NCBI GenBank assembly: GCA_977030845.1
Contig: OZ365112.1
Location: 18,600,001 to 18,664,000 of the forward strand
DNA length: 64,000 bases
Origin: Fimbriosthenelais zetlandica
Taxonomy: Eukaryota
Direction of reading: 5' to 3'
Shown: positions 49,667 through 61,900 of the stretch, in pieces
How positions within the stretch are numbered: the stretch's first letter is position 1
How the letters are laid out: each line of letters starts with the position of its first letter
Notes under the pieces: model-generated
What the model was told of the DNA's origin: nothing
Seen by the model: the letters and a program-made list of their open reading frames with translations, nothing else
Database searches by the model: none
Made by a program: the position numbers and the translations under genes

Positions 49667-52600
49667 GTATGGATCAGTGGAAGCTGAATGATTCTACAGT
49701 CACTTTCTTCAAATCAGAACTTTCCAATACTGATTACATCAGGTGAAATAATGTATACATTAGTTAACTCAAGACAGAGTCCAGATCCAGACCTAAGCAA
49801 CTATCCTAGGATAACCTAGCTTCAGTATTTATGATCCACCAGTAACATATCACATCATTATAAAGCACCAGTTCTCTGACAGTCTTGCTGTAAGAGCGAG
49901 CAGTAGGCAGCCTGGCAGCAGGAGCAGCTCCCCACTAACTCATCCCCATATCTCCACTACTCCAGCACGTGCTGAGATAAACCATATCCTCAGCTATCTT
50001 ACTTTACTGAGAAAAACTTCCCACTGATATAACACATTCACAGCATGGCAGGAACATGCAGCTTTATTCATTATAATCTGCATTCACAAAAACTTGCCAC
50101 ATTTGTGTGGGGATGAGGGACATATATAGGGATTGGAGGAATCAGATGGAAGGAGTGCTCTACGTTCCTTCATCACATTCTCCACGGTAAGATAACTCCA
50201 GGGCAGCGGTCTGGAGGAGAGACATGAGCAGAAAGGCTAAGTGGGCGAGCTGGAGAGAAAGAAGCAGAGTTTTGTTTAGAATAACTACTGTTTACAAAAA
50301 CATGCCTCACCTGAGGGCTGGGGAATGCTGAGAGGAAAAGTGAGACTGACAGAAATGATGTATACCTATGCTGACCCCAATATTAAACACACATACATAG
50401 TCCTGCTAAATGATTGCTTCTACTGCCATCATTGAGTAACTCTGACCCTCCAGCAACTGCTCCTACAGCTGCCACTCTCTACATAGAAGTAATCAGTAGG
50501 CCCAGCAGATGCCACATAAACCACCAATACACTCCACCCATTCTTCACTCCTTCTATAACTCTACACAACATTTGTTATAAATACAATGCCAGAAGTACC
50601 AAGTAAATGCTATAAAATATGATTTCTCTCCACATGCAGGTACTTGTAACTGAGCTATTTATAAATTTGGGTACTCCCACATTTCTAGAGGCAGGCTTGT
50701 AATAAGTAGAGCTGACTGACTACAGCTCGCTGGTGATAGCCCCTCATTAGAGCCTCAATACCAAACACAATGTGAGAGAGGAATCTGAGAGAGGAAAGCC
50801 AAAATGGAGACGAATATTTTTGTCCAAATTGACAGAACAGAGCCGATGCTGGCTTTTGACAGTCCACAAAGTATTGACTAGAGCTTTAAGGAAGCCATGA
50901 AGACCAGAATAGTTTATTAAGCTGGGTTGAGGCACGCCATATGATTATGACCTGGCCTTGAACTCAGTCGCTCTGATCAAAGAGCAGCTCTTCAATGTGT
51001 ACAAGAAGAAAATATCTGGGTAAAGAAAATAGAAGGGAAGATGGTTTTTTTTTATTATTCTCAGAACAAGTGACTTTTAGGGCCCTTGTGGCTGGAATAT
51101 TGGCCACGTAAGGGCGTGGTTGGCCCATCCAAAGGGCACAAGGTTATCAAAACACAACAGACATTGGCTTCCATGGCAACATGCGGCCAAATCAGACCGG
51201 GGCAGGTTGAGGTCGTGCTCCTCTTCTTCTCTATGTTTGTAGTTCTTCTCTAGGGATCGCGAGGAGAGCAGCTTTTGTGGCTAGGATTGTATGGAGAATC
51301 TTCAACCATGAATAAAAACAAGTCAGTCATGTGCTGCTCCCTCAGACTCCAGCCAAAAAGGGGGAGAGATGAAGATCACGCAGAGGGGCAGGGAAGAAGG
51401 CCCTTCATCCTTATCTAGGCCACCGTCTCTACATGTTTTATAGCTAGGATATGGAAGGGGTGAATACATATTGGATGTACACCAGTCTCCCACTAGTCTA
51501 TAAGCGGCTTCATCCTCATACCATACACAGTCCCTTTAGCATCCCAAGGCAAAGCTAAACATTATCAGCAACACCACCAATAAGCCCCACTTGCCTTTCT
51601 CTCTTAATTGCTCTCATACTTGTCTTTTCTCGCCCTTGGCACTTTCTTGCTAAGTTTTTCTTCCAGCAAGGGAAAGGAGAGAATGTGTGTATAAACAGTT
51701 TTCTGTGATATGACTAAGATGTACATGCCTCTAATAGTATATATGAGGGTAGGAGAAGCTATCATTGGTGTAGGTGGCCTGGGGTTGGAACATAGATGTA
51801 ACAATGATATTCATGAAGACAATGATAGCAATGGTAGCTGAAGGGCAGGGACATAGAGAGCACTCCTCGCCCCTCATCCATCAATACAACCAGCCCTCTC
51901 GGCTTTAATTCTCCCCCGGACACCAGGGGCAGGCTATTCAGCCGGCGGGCGCGATATTGAGGAGCGCCATCTAAAAAGACACTTTCTCCCCGCAATCAAT
52001 GAATGAAGGATATTTGTGAAGGAGGAAGTGGGTGGTAGCGGTGGTGATGAGGGTGGTGGAGGGTTAACTTTGGACGTGGGGATTGTAAGGGTTAAAGCTG
52101 GTATCAACAGACGGGAAGGAAGGATACTACATGTGACAGGATGGCAAGGAGTTAATGACTGTGTATAAAAGCATGTCTCCTGTAGGCAATGATTTATAAG
52201 ACATCCTGTCTCCTGGTTTATCATTCTTTATGGTGCTACTATGGATGCCAGGCCTGGCTAGTCATGTATGTAGATAATTACTATAGACTCCAGGCAAGAT
52301 CACTGATGTATGACCATAACGCATGAACTGGATATAATTTACAGTTAGTGGATTTCACTTTAGACTGGGATGGTGCACCATAAGATGACAGTAATTTCAC
52401 CCTTCAGAATTTCTAATTGAAATGTTCCCCAACTGCCACAAGACAAATCTTCATCAACCATGCCTGACTTTATATCTAGTTCGGGTAAATCTAGCTTGAA
52501 GTGTGTAAAAGATCTCCTGTGTGATACAAACTAGGAAGGAAGGCTTCATCGTGTATATGCCTGCAATGTCTAATACAATCAGCCTAGACTTCACTATAGC

Positions 52601-55600
52601 TCCCCTGTACCTTCTCCATATCCTTAACCCTGGAGAGGTGGGATGACTTGTATACTACTGGAGGTCGGGCTGGGGGTGAGGTCATATCTAACCAACTACG
52701 TGTATACTAGTTATCCCCTTAATCCCACCATCCCTTCACATTTCACCTTCCTAAAGTCAAACCAGTTCCAAATGATCCCTTCAATGATACACTCAATCCA
52801 CCAATACACTTTCAGACTTCAATCCCTGATAATATTCCTGATCGCCCAATTCCCGTATACAAAACATCTCCATTCAATTCACAACAGTCAATTCCCCAAA
52901 CCTTATTTCATATTCCACACTGCACCCACCGATTATTTGGGAGTTTAAAAACTGCGGGCTAAATGCTATGGGACAATCCATGGAAACCAATTTCATGGGC
53001 AGTGAATCTATGGCCAACAGTGAATTAGATCTTTGCCATGGCACAGATTCCCAAGTCTGACTGCCTCACTTTTGTTACCCCTTCTATCCTCACTAGTTCT
53101 GCACTCAAATACTGCTTCAGCGAGGCTTTTCCACAGGAAGGTTTTTACATGGTTCCAGACCGACTGTCAAGGTTAACCACAAATCTATCTAACTGTGGAA
53201 ACCGGATGAGGCTAGCTACATGTAATGAAATTTCGTCTGTGGTACAGGTTTTTGTAGGGAGACGAGGCAGTACTACAGGCAGCCTGATCCAACACACTGA
53301 AGCTCTCACAACCAGGAATATTTTAAAAAGTTGTCTGGAATTATAGTGAATTGGATCGGGGGTTTGTGGCAGTGGTGGTAGGCGGGGTATTTGGGGAGAT
53401 GGCGGCTGGCGTTTTACATGCTTTGTGATCAGATGGGTTATTTACTCAGTGGAGCTGTGGCAGCCTTTCAAACAATTAACACCTTCCATCAAAGGCAAGC
53501 AGACAGGTTCTCTGCAGCCTTTTTAAAATGATTGCTATGATTTTTGGCTTTTATAATTTCCACTTATTTCACATTCAGAGGAAAAGTTTTCATAGGCAAT
53601 TCGGCCAATATCATTGTTAAATTTATTGAGTTTTCCCTAGTAATGTTATAGTCAGAATCCTGACAGCACTGGGAGGTCATCAACAATGGATAGATAAAGC
53701 AATCCTAGAGGTCTTCTTCCATTGTGGCTGGTCTGAAATGGTTACTGGACTGGAAATACATGATAAAGAATGAGGCGATGGTCAGAAGACTGGGATACTA
53801 TCATGGACGGGTCACCTGATTGACCTTACAGCGTTTGCAGCGCTTACTCTTTGTTATGGATCTCGTTCATCTCGAGATAACACGGGATGACACGAGACAA
53901 GAGGACAAGGACAAGGTCATGAAGGCAGATAATGTCAGAGAGGGGAACCACAGACAGAAGTAGGTCACAGCTTCCATCAGTGACATCCAGAGGCCATCAG
54001 AACAGATCATCAGCCTTCTGGGCAGCAGGGAAGGGTGGGCAAAGGTTGTTACAGGTGGACGGTGGAATCTGGTCACTGAAACTGATCATCAACAGTTATT
54101 GTTTAATGGAATAAAATGATGGAGAGCCGCAGCACAGGCCAACCCCATCTACAGCGGGTGTGTGCATTTTCTTCATTCCATCAATCCTGCTGATTCAAAT
54201 TATTTCAGTTTTTCCTCATTATTTTATGGTCTGTGGTGCTTGTAAAGTTGATTTAGTAGGCGCTGCATGCCTTCCAGCCAGAAAAGTACCTTTTGCAAGC
54301 CAATCCAGCTAGAGAGGAAAGAGGATTATAGCCTGCTGGGGATCTAGAAGGTTGAAATTTCTGCCAAGGTCTGTCATTTCCTGTTCTTCCTCGAGTATCC
54401 CATGGTGCAAAAGCTGGAGCAGGCCAGAAGGTGTTGAGCGCCTGTTTACTTCCTGTAGAGAGAACTGTGTGTGTTCATGTCTCCTCCTGAGAGCCAGTCA
54501 CTTCACCTCTATATAGCTGATATAAACAGTCAGTATAGTGATGGGTGTAAGGCAGTATGAACTATGTTCATATACATAATATATAGACCCATGAAAAGAA
54601 CCTCATTCTCTATTAAAAAGGCAGTAAAATACACTAAAGTTACATATAAAATCAGGTATTTGGACTGTATTCCAAAGGGACAGCATTTCTCTCTACCTGT
54701 TAAAATTATGTAAAGAATGCACCAAACAATTAAACCTATGTCTCTCAGTCACTCACACCCACATCACAGACCAGTAGATGATCCTCCGGTCACGAATCAA
54801 CAATATAGGACCTGAGGGTGGTCAAACAACAACCGGTTTTAAATGGAAGTTATTTGACCTCAAACTTTCCCCAAGTCACCCCCATCTTCAGTGCACTAAA
54901 TGGTAAATCCACCCAATGCTACTAATAGAAAGCCGCCTGGGGCTGGCTTTAACAATAAGTTCAACTCTAGTGCAGAAGGGAGTATACATAATAGCCCAGG
55001 ACGAGATAAATTTGAAACTTCCAAAGGTAAAATGCGATACTTGAATTTATTGTGACTGATTTTTCCGTTCAGATAACTTTAGAAAATACAACATTAGGTA
55101 GTGATTTGACAATAATTCTTAAATGAAATTTGAATGAAATCCGGGTGGGGCCCCTAGTTTGACCCTGATCAATCATGATTCCTAAAATAACCAACTTTCA
55201 TCAACTATAGTAAAAACAACAGCCCGTCTGAGTTAATTATGACAAGAGTTATTTGCTCTGCTCTCACAGCAAAGTTAATGTTTAGAGACCACATAATACT
55301 TTCAGTTGGCAGAAGGGGTCTTTTTTCTGTTAAGATGGGGGTCTATTTATTATAGCAGGCCCGCATGTTGAGTCATCAGAGAAGAAAGTCTTCCCGGACC
55401 TACCAATAGAAAACAACAACCAACATGCCAGCCCTCTCAACTAAGTAGGTGCATCCCCGCCAGAGGCGCTGAGGGAGCTCTCAGGGGGCCTACTTTTACA
55501 GCATCTAAAAGGTATAAAGTAGGTATGTGTAATCATCCATGATCCAAAAATAGCAGTATTTCATTTTGAAATATTTCCGTAGCACTTGTAATGCAGATCA

Positions 55601-58137
55601 CTCGCACTCACAGGTTCAATTTAAATCAGATATTTTGCAGAATTATGATTCATCTTGCACTCCGATGATATTGTCAGTAATTAAAACCAATATGACACAG
55701 TGATGATTTAAGGATTAGAGGAATATTATTAGCTTGGTCATGGATTATGGGTGTGTAATATTACCATCACAGGTCACACCTGGCTCATAATGAGTTGACT
55801 GGTAGATCCTTTAGAGCCCATATAGCACTAGGCAGGCATCATTGTTGAGATAATACAAGTAGCTTGTTATGTAAAGGCTTGGGATATTCGGAAAGAAGCT
55901 TTATTTATGAGGTTTTTGAGACTGGGTAGTAACTAGTTCACCCTCGACCCCTGCTGGCCAACCTAAGCTCATACATCATTCAGTATTTGTTGTCATTTCT
56001 TCACCTTGGAAGAGGGTGAAGGGGCAGGATGTAACCACATACATCAGCCAGCCTGGAGGGGCCTCCAGATAAATATCTATAGATATTTATTTACACAAGC
56101 TTCAATCTCTTCCTGTAAACCACGGGAGAGACCACATGCATCTGGCTGGTTTCTGTTTATTTCCCATCTCAGGACAAGATGGACACTTTGAGGCTCAGAG
56201 ATACTGTAATCTTTCCTGTGAATATATTACAGCAGCAACCACAAAGGCCTTCTATATTTTAATTAGTTTGCCTCTCTACATCTCCAGCTTCAAAAGCCTT
56301 CAATATTCTTACAAGTACAAGAATACCTTTCATCTTTTTCTCTCTCTCTCAGTCTGCCCATATTATAGTTACTAGAGCCCTGCAGTAATGTCATTTGGTA
56401 GGCCTGAGCCGCCTCTGATAGTTTCTGAATAGATAATAGATGTAAAGGCCAACAATTATGTGAGTCGTAAATCTGAAGACAGGCTGTCGTCTGTCTGAGG
56501 AATTATAATTCGATTAAGACATATAGGTTACAGAAAACAATGGCCTATAGGTATAGGCCTGTGTTACATTTGTCACTGAGACATTCTGTACCGGTCGGAG
56601 TTAACGTACATCATTTATATAGCCCGTGAACGTATTAATGGCTAGTTAGCATGGGAGGAAGGGACCAGTACTGATTCATGGTCAGTGATATAGGCCTGTG
56701 TTTTTATGAGTCATTTTGATCTCATAAACCACTATGACCCAGCAAAGGGAAACCAGTCATCAAAAGGCCAACTAATACATATTGCTCCAATCAATAAATA
56801 CTGAAAGGCCAGCAATTAATTATATTAAACGAGTATTAAAATGTATTTCCAATAAAATAGCCACAAATAAAATGGCATTTGAAGGGAGTTAGAATCTAGA
56901 GATGGGGTGGGGCGAGGGAGGGGAGTAGGGAGTTGGGAGGGAGGGGGAGAGGGCAGACTGGGTCAATGTGTCACCTCTATCAACAATGTCAGTGATACCC
57001 CAGCAACAAGTACTTGCTGCCAGTGAGTGAGATCATAACATGGAGACATTATAGTCAGTCCTCACAGTTATTACACCCAGACAGGAACATAGACCACAGG
57101 TTCAAATATATCAACCAAACTCACCCCTAATTTACTCACCCCGAGCGCTAAACGTCAGCTATTAATTTAAAATAAAAAATGCCCTCATATATCACAGTGT
57201 TCGTATTTTGTGCCTCCGGCTTGGACCTAGCAATTTAGCCACCTTTAGTTGCATTCAGTAAGCCTCCTTATAAACCGGACTTTTTTTTATCTGCCCCAGA
57301 TCTGGGCCGCAATCTCTCCTCCATTCAGGTTCAGCTTTCATGAATACAACCCTCATGAAAGGCAACCAGGCTCATTCATATTTTTTCCTCTCTGGTGATT
57401 GATGGGAGAAGTAGAGAGGCAGTAAGAACTACATAACACCTCCAGTACCATCAAAAGAATATCTCCTAACATTCTTGTTGCACTCTCTCAATGGACCAAT
57501 GCTCCATACAAGATCGAAATCCTAATCTTTTCTCAATCTACTGACAAAATCAATTCATCCAGTAAAAAGGAAAATTCCTAAATTTAATACCGAGTGTAAC
57601 AGCCAAATAGTTCTTCCATTGCATTTTCGTTTTGTAATCTCAGTTCAGTAGAAAATAATCGCCAATCATTACTTTGTCCAACACCATTTTATTGTCTGTC
57701 AACTTATTAGTCACGAGAGGAATTGATGTCATATTTCAGCTTGTCACATCAGGCATGCTGGACTTTGACCATATACATGGGGTATTGCCTCCAGGCGTCT
57801 ATTTAAACCATCTGTTACGATGGATTACAAATGTCATTGTTTTTAACAACTCAGAACAGATCCTCATATATTAACAACAGATAAATGTCACACAAGCCCA
57901 ACTACTTTTATAGAATCAATCACATCTGGGCGAATTCTCAAACTGAGCATGATAATATCAGCATATCAGTCAACAACACATCTGTTTCTTGTCAGTTTGG
58001 TTATAGAGACACAACATAGATCCATTAACTTATATCCCGAGCCATGCGCTGAAAAAGCTCGAACTTATAGTAGCTGCCAATAGATGGATCTTATCAGGTC
58101 TAATTTAGCCGAGAGAAAAGCAACCCAGGGTATATAG

Positions 58138-58969
58138 CAGGGTGCGACAAGATCACCGTCTACACGCCTGAGGCGTGTTGATTTTAGCCTCTGGCGGGTT
58201 GATTTTCATTCTACCGTTTTTCAGGCGGGTTGATATATGTACCTACTCTTGCAAGTTGCATATCATTTTCTCACTACAAAGACTTTATTTGGACTCTGAT
58301 TAGAGCTTGCAGATCTTAGGGGAAGGAAAACTTGGATTGTAATCAGTGTTGGCAAGTTTTGTCAGTCGCAGCCTTAAACCCGGTTCAAACTAGGGATTTA
58401 AACTGGGCTGAGAAAACCCCTCATTGGGCAAAACTGGGAAAACTTAATTCTTAATTGTTCTGTTTTTGCCTTTCTTACTACAATTAGCAGCAAATAACTT
58501 ATAATTAGGCATAAAAATGCTAAAAGAATACTAAGTGGATAGAACTAAGAATAGGAGATAGAACCCTCTGAGCCCCACTTGGCCAAGGCCGAGCCTTTCT
58601 GGGTCTGGTAGACAGTCTATACCAGACCATAGAAAGGTGAGGCCATCCAAGTGAGGGTTCTATAAGGTTTGGTGACGAGGGTATGATAATCCTGGCTAGG
58701 TCCTAGGGGTCGGAATAAAAACGACAACTGAAAGACTTTACTCTCTACTTTGGTTTTATACTGTAATATATACCCGTAATGTCAAAAAGAAATTCCATTC
58801 TTGAGTACTATTTTACTTCTAGTTCTAAGCAATCTAGGATATATTATAATACATAATTTCCAGGCTTAAATCGGGTATCTAAAAGACAGTTAAATATTTT
58901 GTCAGGCGTGTAGATTTCAAATCTACCCGCCCAGGGGCAAGTTGATTATTCTGATCTTGTCGCACCCTG
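58138..58969. mobile_element. Non-autonomous DNA transposon (MITE, hAT-like), 832 bp
   Basis: Perfect 18-bp TIRs CAGGGTGCGACAAGATCA (58138-58155 and 58952-58969); TATAG directly repeated on both flanks; inverted subterminal 12-mer CTACACGCCTGA (58160-58171 and 58902-58913); repeated GGCGGGTTGAT; no ORF. Confidence 0.85.
58558..58663. repeat. Imperfect 106-bp fold-back palindrome inside the MITE
   Basis: Paired arms ATAGAACCCT/AGGGTTCTAT, CACTTGG/CCAAGTG, GGCC/GGCC, CCTTTCT/AGAAAGG and GGTCTGGTA/TACCAGACC. Confidence 0.85.
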
Positions 58970-61900
58970 TATAGACTTTACTGAAAATATTCTAATGTCT
59001 TGTGGTCCATAGTTTCAGTATCCAAGGGGTAGAGAAATGTGCAGCAATAGGAGGAGGAGGTCATGTGTCTAGTGAGGATGACTTGCCTAGTGCTGACTCA
59101 CCGTCATCCATCTTCATCAAGAACACAAGTGTAGAACCAAGTCACAGAGGACCAGCAATCATCGCCCATCAACAGATGCACCTCACTCCTCCCCAACCCC
59201 CTAAAAAAGCGTGTCCACCCCACTGCAACTGGGAATAGGAGCGGTCACATTCCCTACCCTCTCTCACACTCACTAGATCTGGGAGTAGAACATTCTGTTC
59301 TGCCAAAGAGCCTACAGTTGTCTTTGGTTCTCTTGAGAGCCCTTGGAAATTGAACAAAAATATGTTATAGACATTAGAATCATATTAACATCTGCTAATA
59401 CTATTTGAGTCATAGTCTGGTCGAACCTCTCCTGGTTCAGTGTATGAGGAATGCCACTATAAGTGATATATTTCACCACATTCCAATGTGATATTTTTCT
59501 TTGGATCAAGGCAAATGGGACACAGCACCCTAAACACATTGGTTGAATTCCTCCTGCGCCTGGCTATAGGAGTGGTTGGGAGGCCTATTTATACCATTTG
59601 ATTGGCCCAGTAAGCAGTCTAATTTGTGGCCGGCTTTAAGGGTCAGTGGGTCATTTAATCGCCTGTAGAGTTACAGCTGACTGGATCCCTGCTAGAAGTG
59701 CTATTGGTGGCCAATTATGGCGCTAATCATTTCGATCACGCACGTTCTACCATCACAACCACCCACCAGCCCCACTATGAACTAGCTGAACATGGAAACA
59801 ATCACTATAAATCCCATACCTCCCACCTTATCCCACTCACACATAAATACACTGACCAATCAGTGGAGGCTGGTCAGGTGTGACTGACAATTCAAAAGGC
59901 AGGATAATGAATATTCAATAATTTAAATCAGCCCTTAAATTATGTGTGAACTGGGCAAATGCCATTAGCAATGGAAGAGATAATGATGTAAAGATGGTAT
60001 AATTGGTGAGTGGGAGGAAAATAGCTGCCCTAAAGGCAGGCAGTGTGTTCCATTGGTGGTTCCAATCTCCCTAACAAGCTCCAATCGAACAAGCCCTAGG
60101 CCAAGCCTGGCAGTAAGCATTTAAAATGCTCGCTCTACAGGCCCTGCTATACTGCTATCTTTGATGAGAGTGAGTATGGGAGCAGTTCATTACTATAATG
60201 TCATGATCATGTCATATTTGTAGAGATGACCCTGGTCAGATCTCATTTAACAGTGAGTCAGTGACCTTGGTTGGAAGCAGATGACCTTTGTTGTGCACCG
60301 TGTCAAGTGTCAGCTAATCCCTGGGGCTGATAGGCCCCACGTCCACTACATACACAGCCCTCCACAAACGAAGGGCTTTTAAAAGTAGATAATGGTTTGC
60401 CTGACTGATGGCCTAATAAGATAATAGAGCGCTGGGATTGAGCCAGGGAACAGCTGGTATTGACTCTACAAACTCAAGCTAAATGAACAGCATTGGTTTA
60501 GATGGAGGAAAGACCCTCTATACACCTGCACCATGATTACTTCCTCCAGCTAGGGAGAGACGGCAACGACAACGAGTAATAGAATGTGGTCTACATACAA
60601 ATAGCGGAAATGGCTGTGAAGAAATGTTTTCTGATTCTTTTTTATCTTACTCTACATAAGCAGACAAGAAAAACTAATTGAATTCACAGTGCTCAGAACA
60701 AAAGTTTTGCTTTTATGGAGATGGATATATTTCCAGCTGACAGCCACAGCCAGTAAAAACTGGCTGTTGTCTGAATGTCATGTCTCAGGGGAGGAGTAAA
60801 TTGAGTATAGTAGAATGTAGAGCAGGGGGCGTGGGTATCTGACACCTGTACCACACGCCTCTCTACATATACTACTACTACAAGTCTACACGAGTAACTA
60901 CCTCCACCCAACTACCCTCACATCACCTATACCAGTAACAGCCTGATCAGAGGCTCATGTAGGCACATGCTTCAATACCACCCTTAGTTTACATCGATCA
61001 GGATTTCACCTCTGCCTAAAGTAAACCCATTCAGTGCTATTGAGGCGCATTAGGGTTTGTTTGCACCCACTTCTCGCCAGTCTTGTTTGCACGTCACCGG
61101 CTGTCTCCTAATGGTAAAACCTGATATCGACTGGCATCAGGTAGAGGTCTGCATTTTACTGTACCACAGCTTGGATAAATTTCATGAAATAATAGAAATC
61201 AATATAAAATACAAAAGGACGAAAACCCCCATTAAATCAATTAAGTAGAAGTGTGCAAAGAGTACATTAGTATATGGCTTTAATAAGGGAGATCCCTGCC
61301 ATGTAACACTACACCCTCGTCAGGTATTGTTTATGATGAGGGAGAGCCCTGTGATGAGCTGATTGGCCATCCCTGGTGACTTGTGGCTAGCTGAGTCATG
61401 TATACCTGCGTGTAGCATGGAAAGGCTGGCAGAGTCCGGCACCTGGTCAACCCAGCACTGGTCATCAATATTCCTCATTGACCGGTCACCCACTAAGCCA
61501 TGAATAAACCATACACAGTACACTCACCAGTTTGACACATGAGAAATGGTCTAAACAGATGATATATATGGTTTAAAATCCATAAAAGGCATAAAGTCGG
61601 TAGGTAGCAGTAGACGATTATGGCAAAGAAGCGAACAGAAATAGAGCCGACAGCTATGCCAATGGCAGCTGTAATATCTATTTTCAGTGAATCTACCTGC
61701 AACAGTCCATGACATTATTGGCATTGGTATTGATTAATATCTGGGGCGTATGCTCAATGTGTATGTAGAAAGCAAAACACGACAGAAAGCACTCTTTATG
61801 TTCTTATCTGGGTGGAAGTCTATGGTTCAAACACACACACATACACCACCTATAGAATTCAAACCCTTTTTATCCTGGATATGCCACTGAATGACTTTGA

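Noticed and set aside
54879-55345. 11-bp inverted repeat ACCCCCATCTT/AAGATGGGGGT ~450 bp apart
   Set aside because: Does not extend, no TSD, compatible with chance.
57600-57625. MQWKNYL peptide as the missing chimaerin WKSY exon
   Set aside because: No GT donor at the required phase-1 position.
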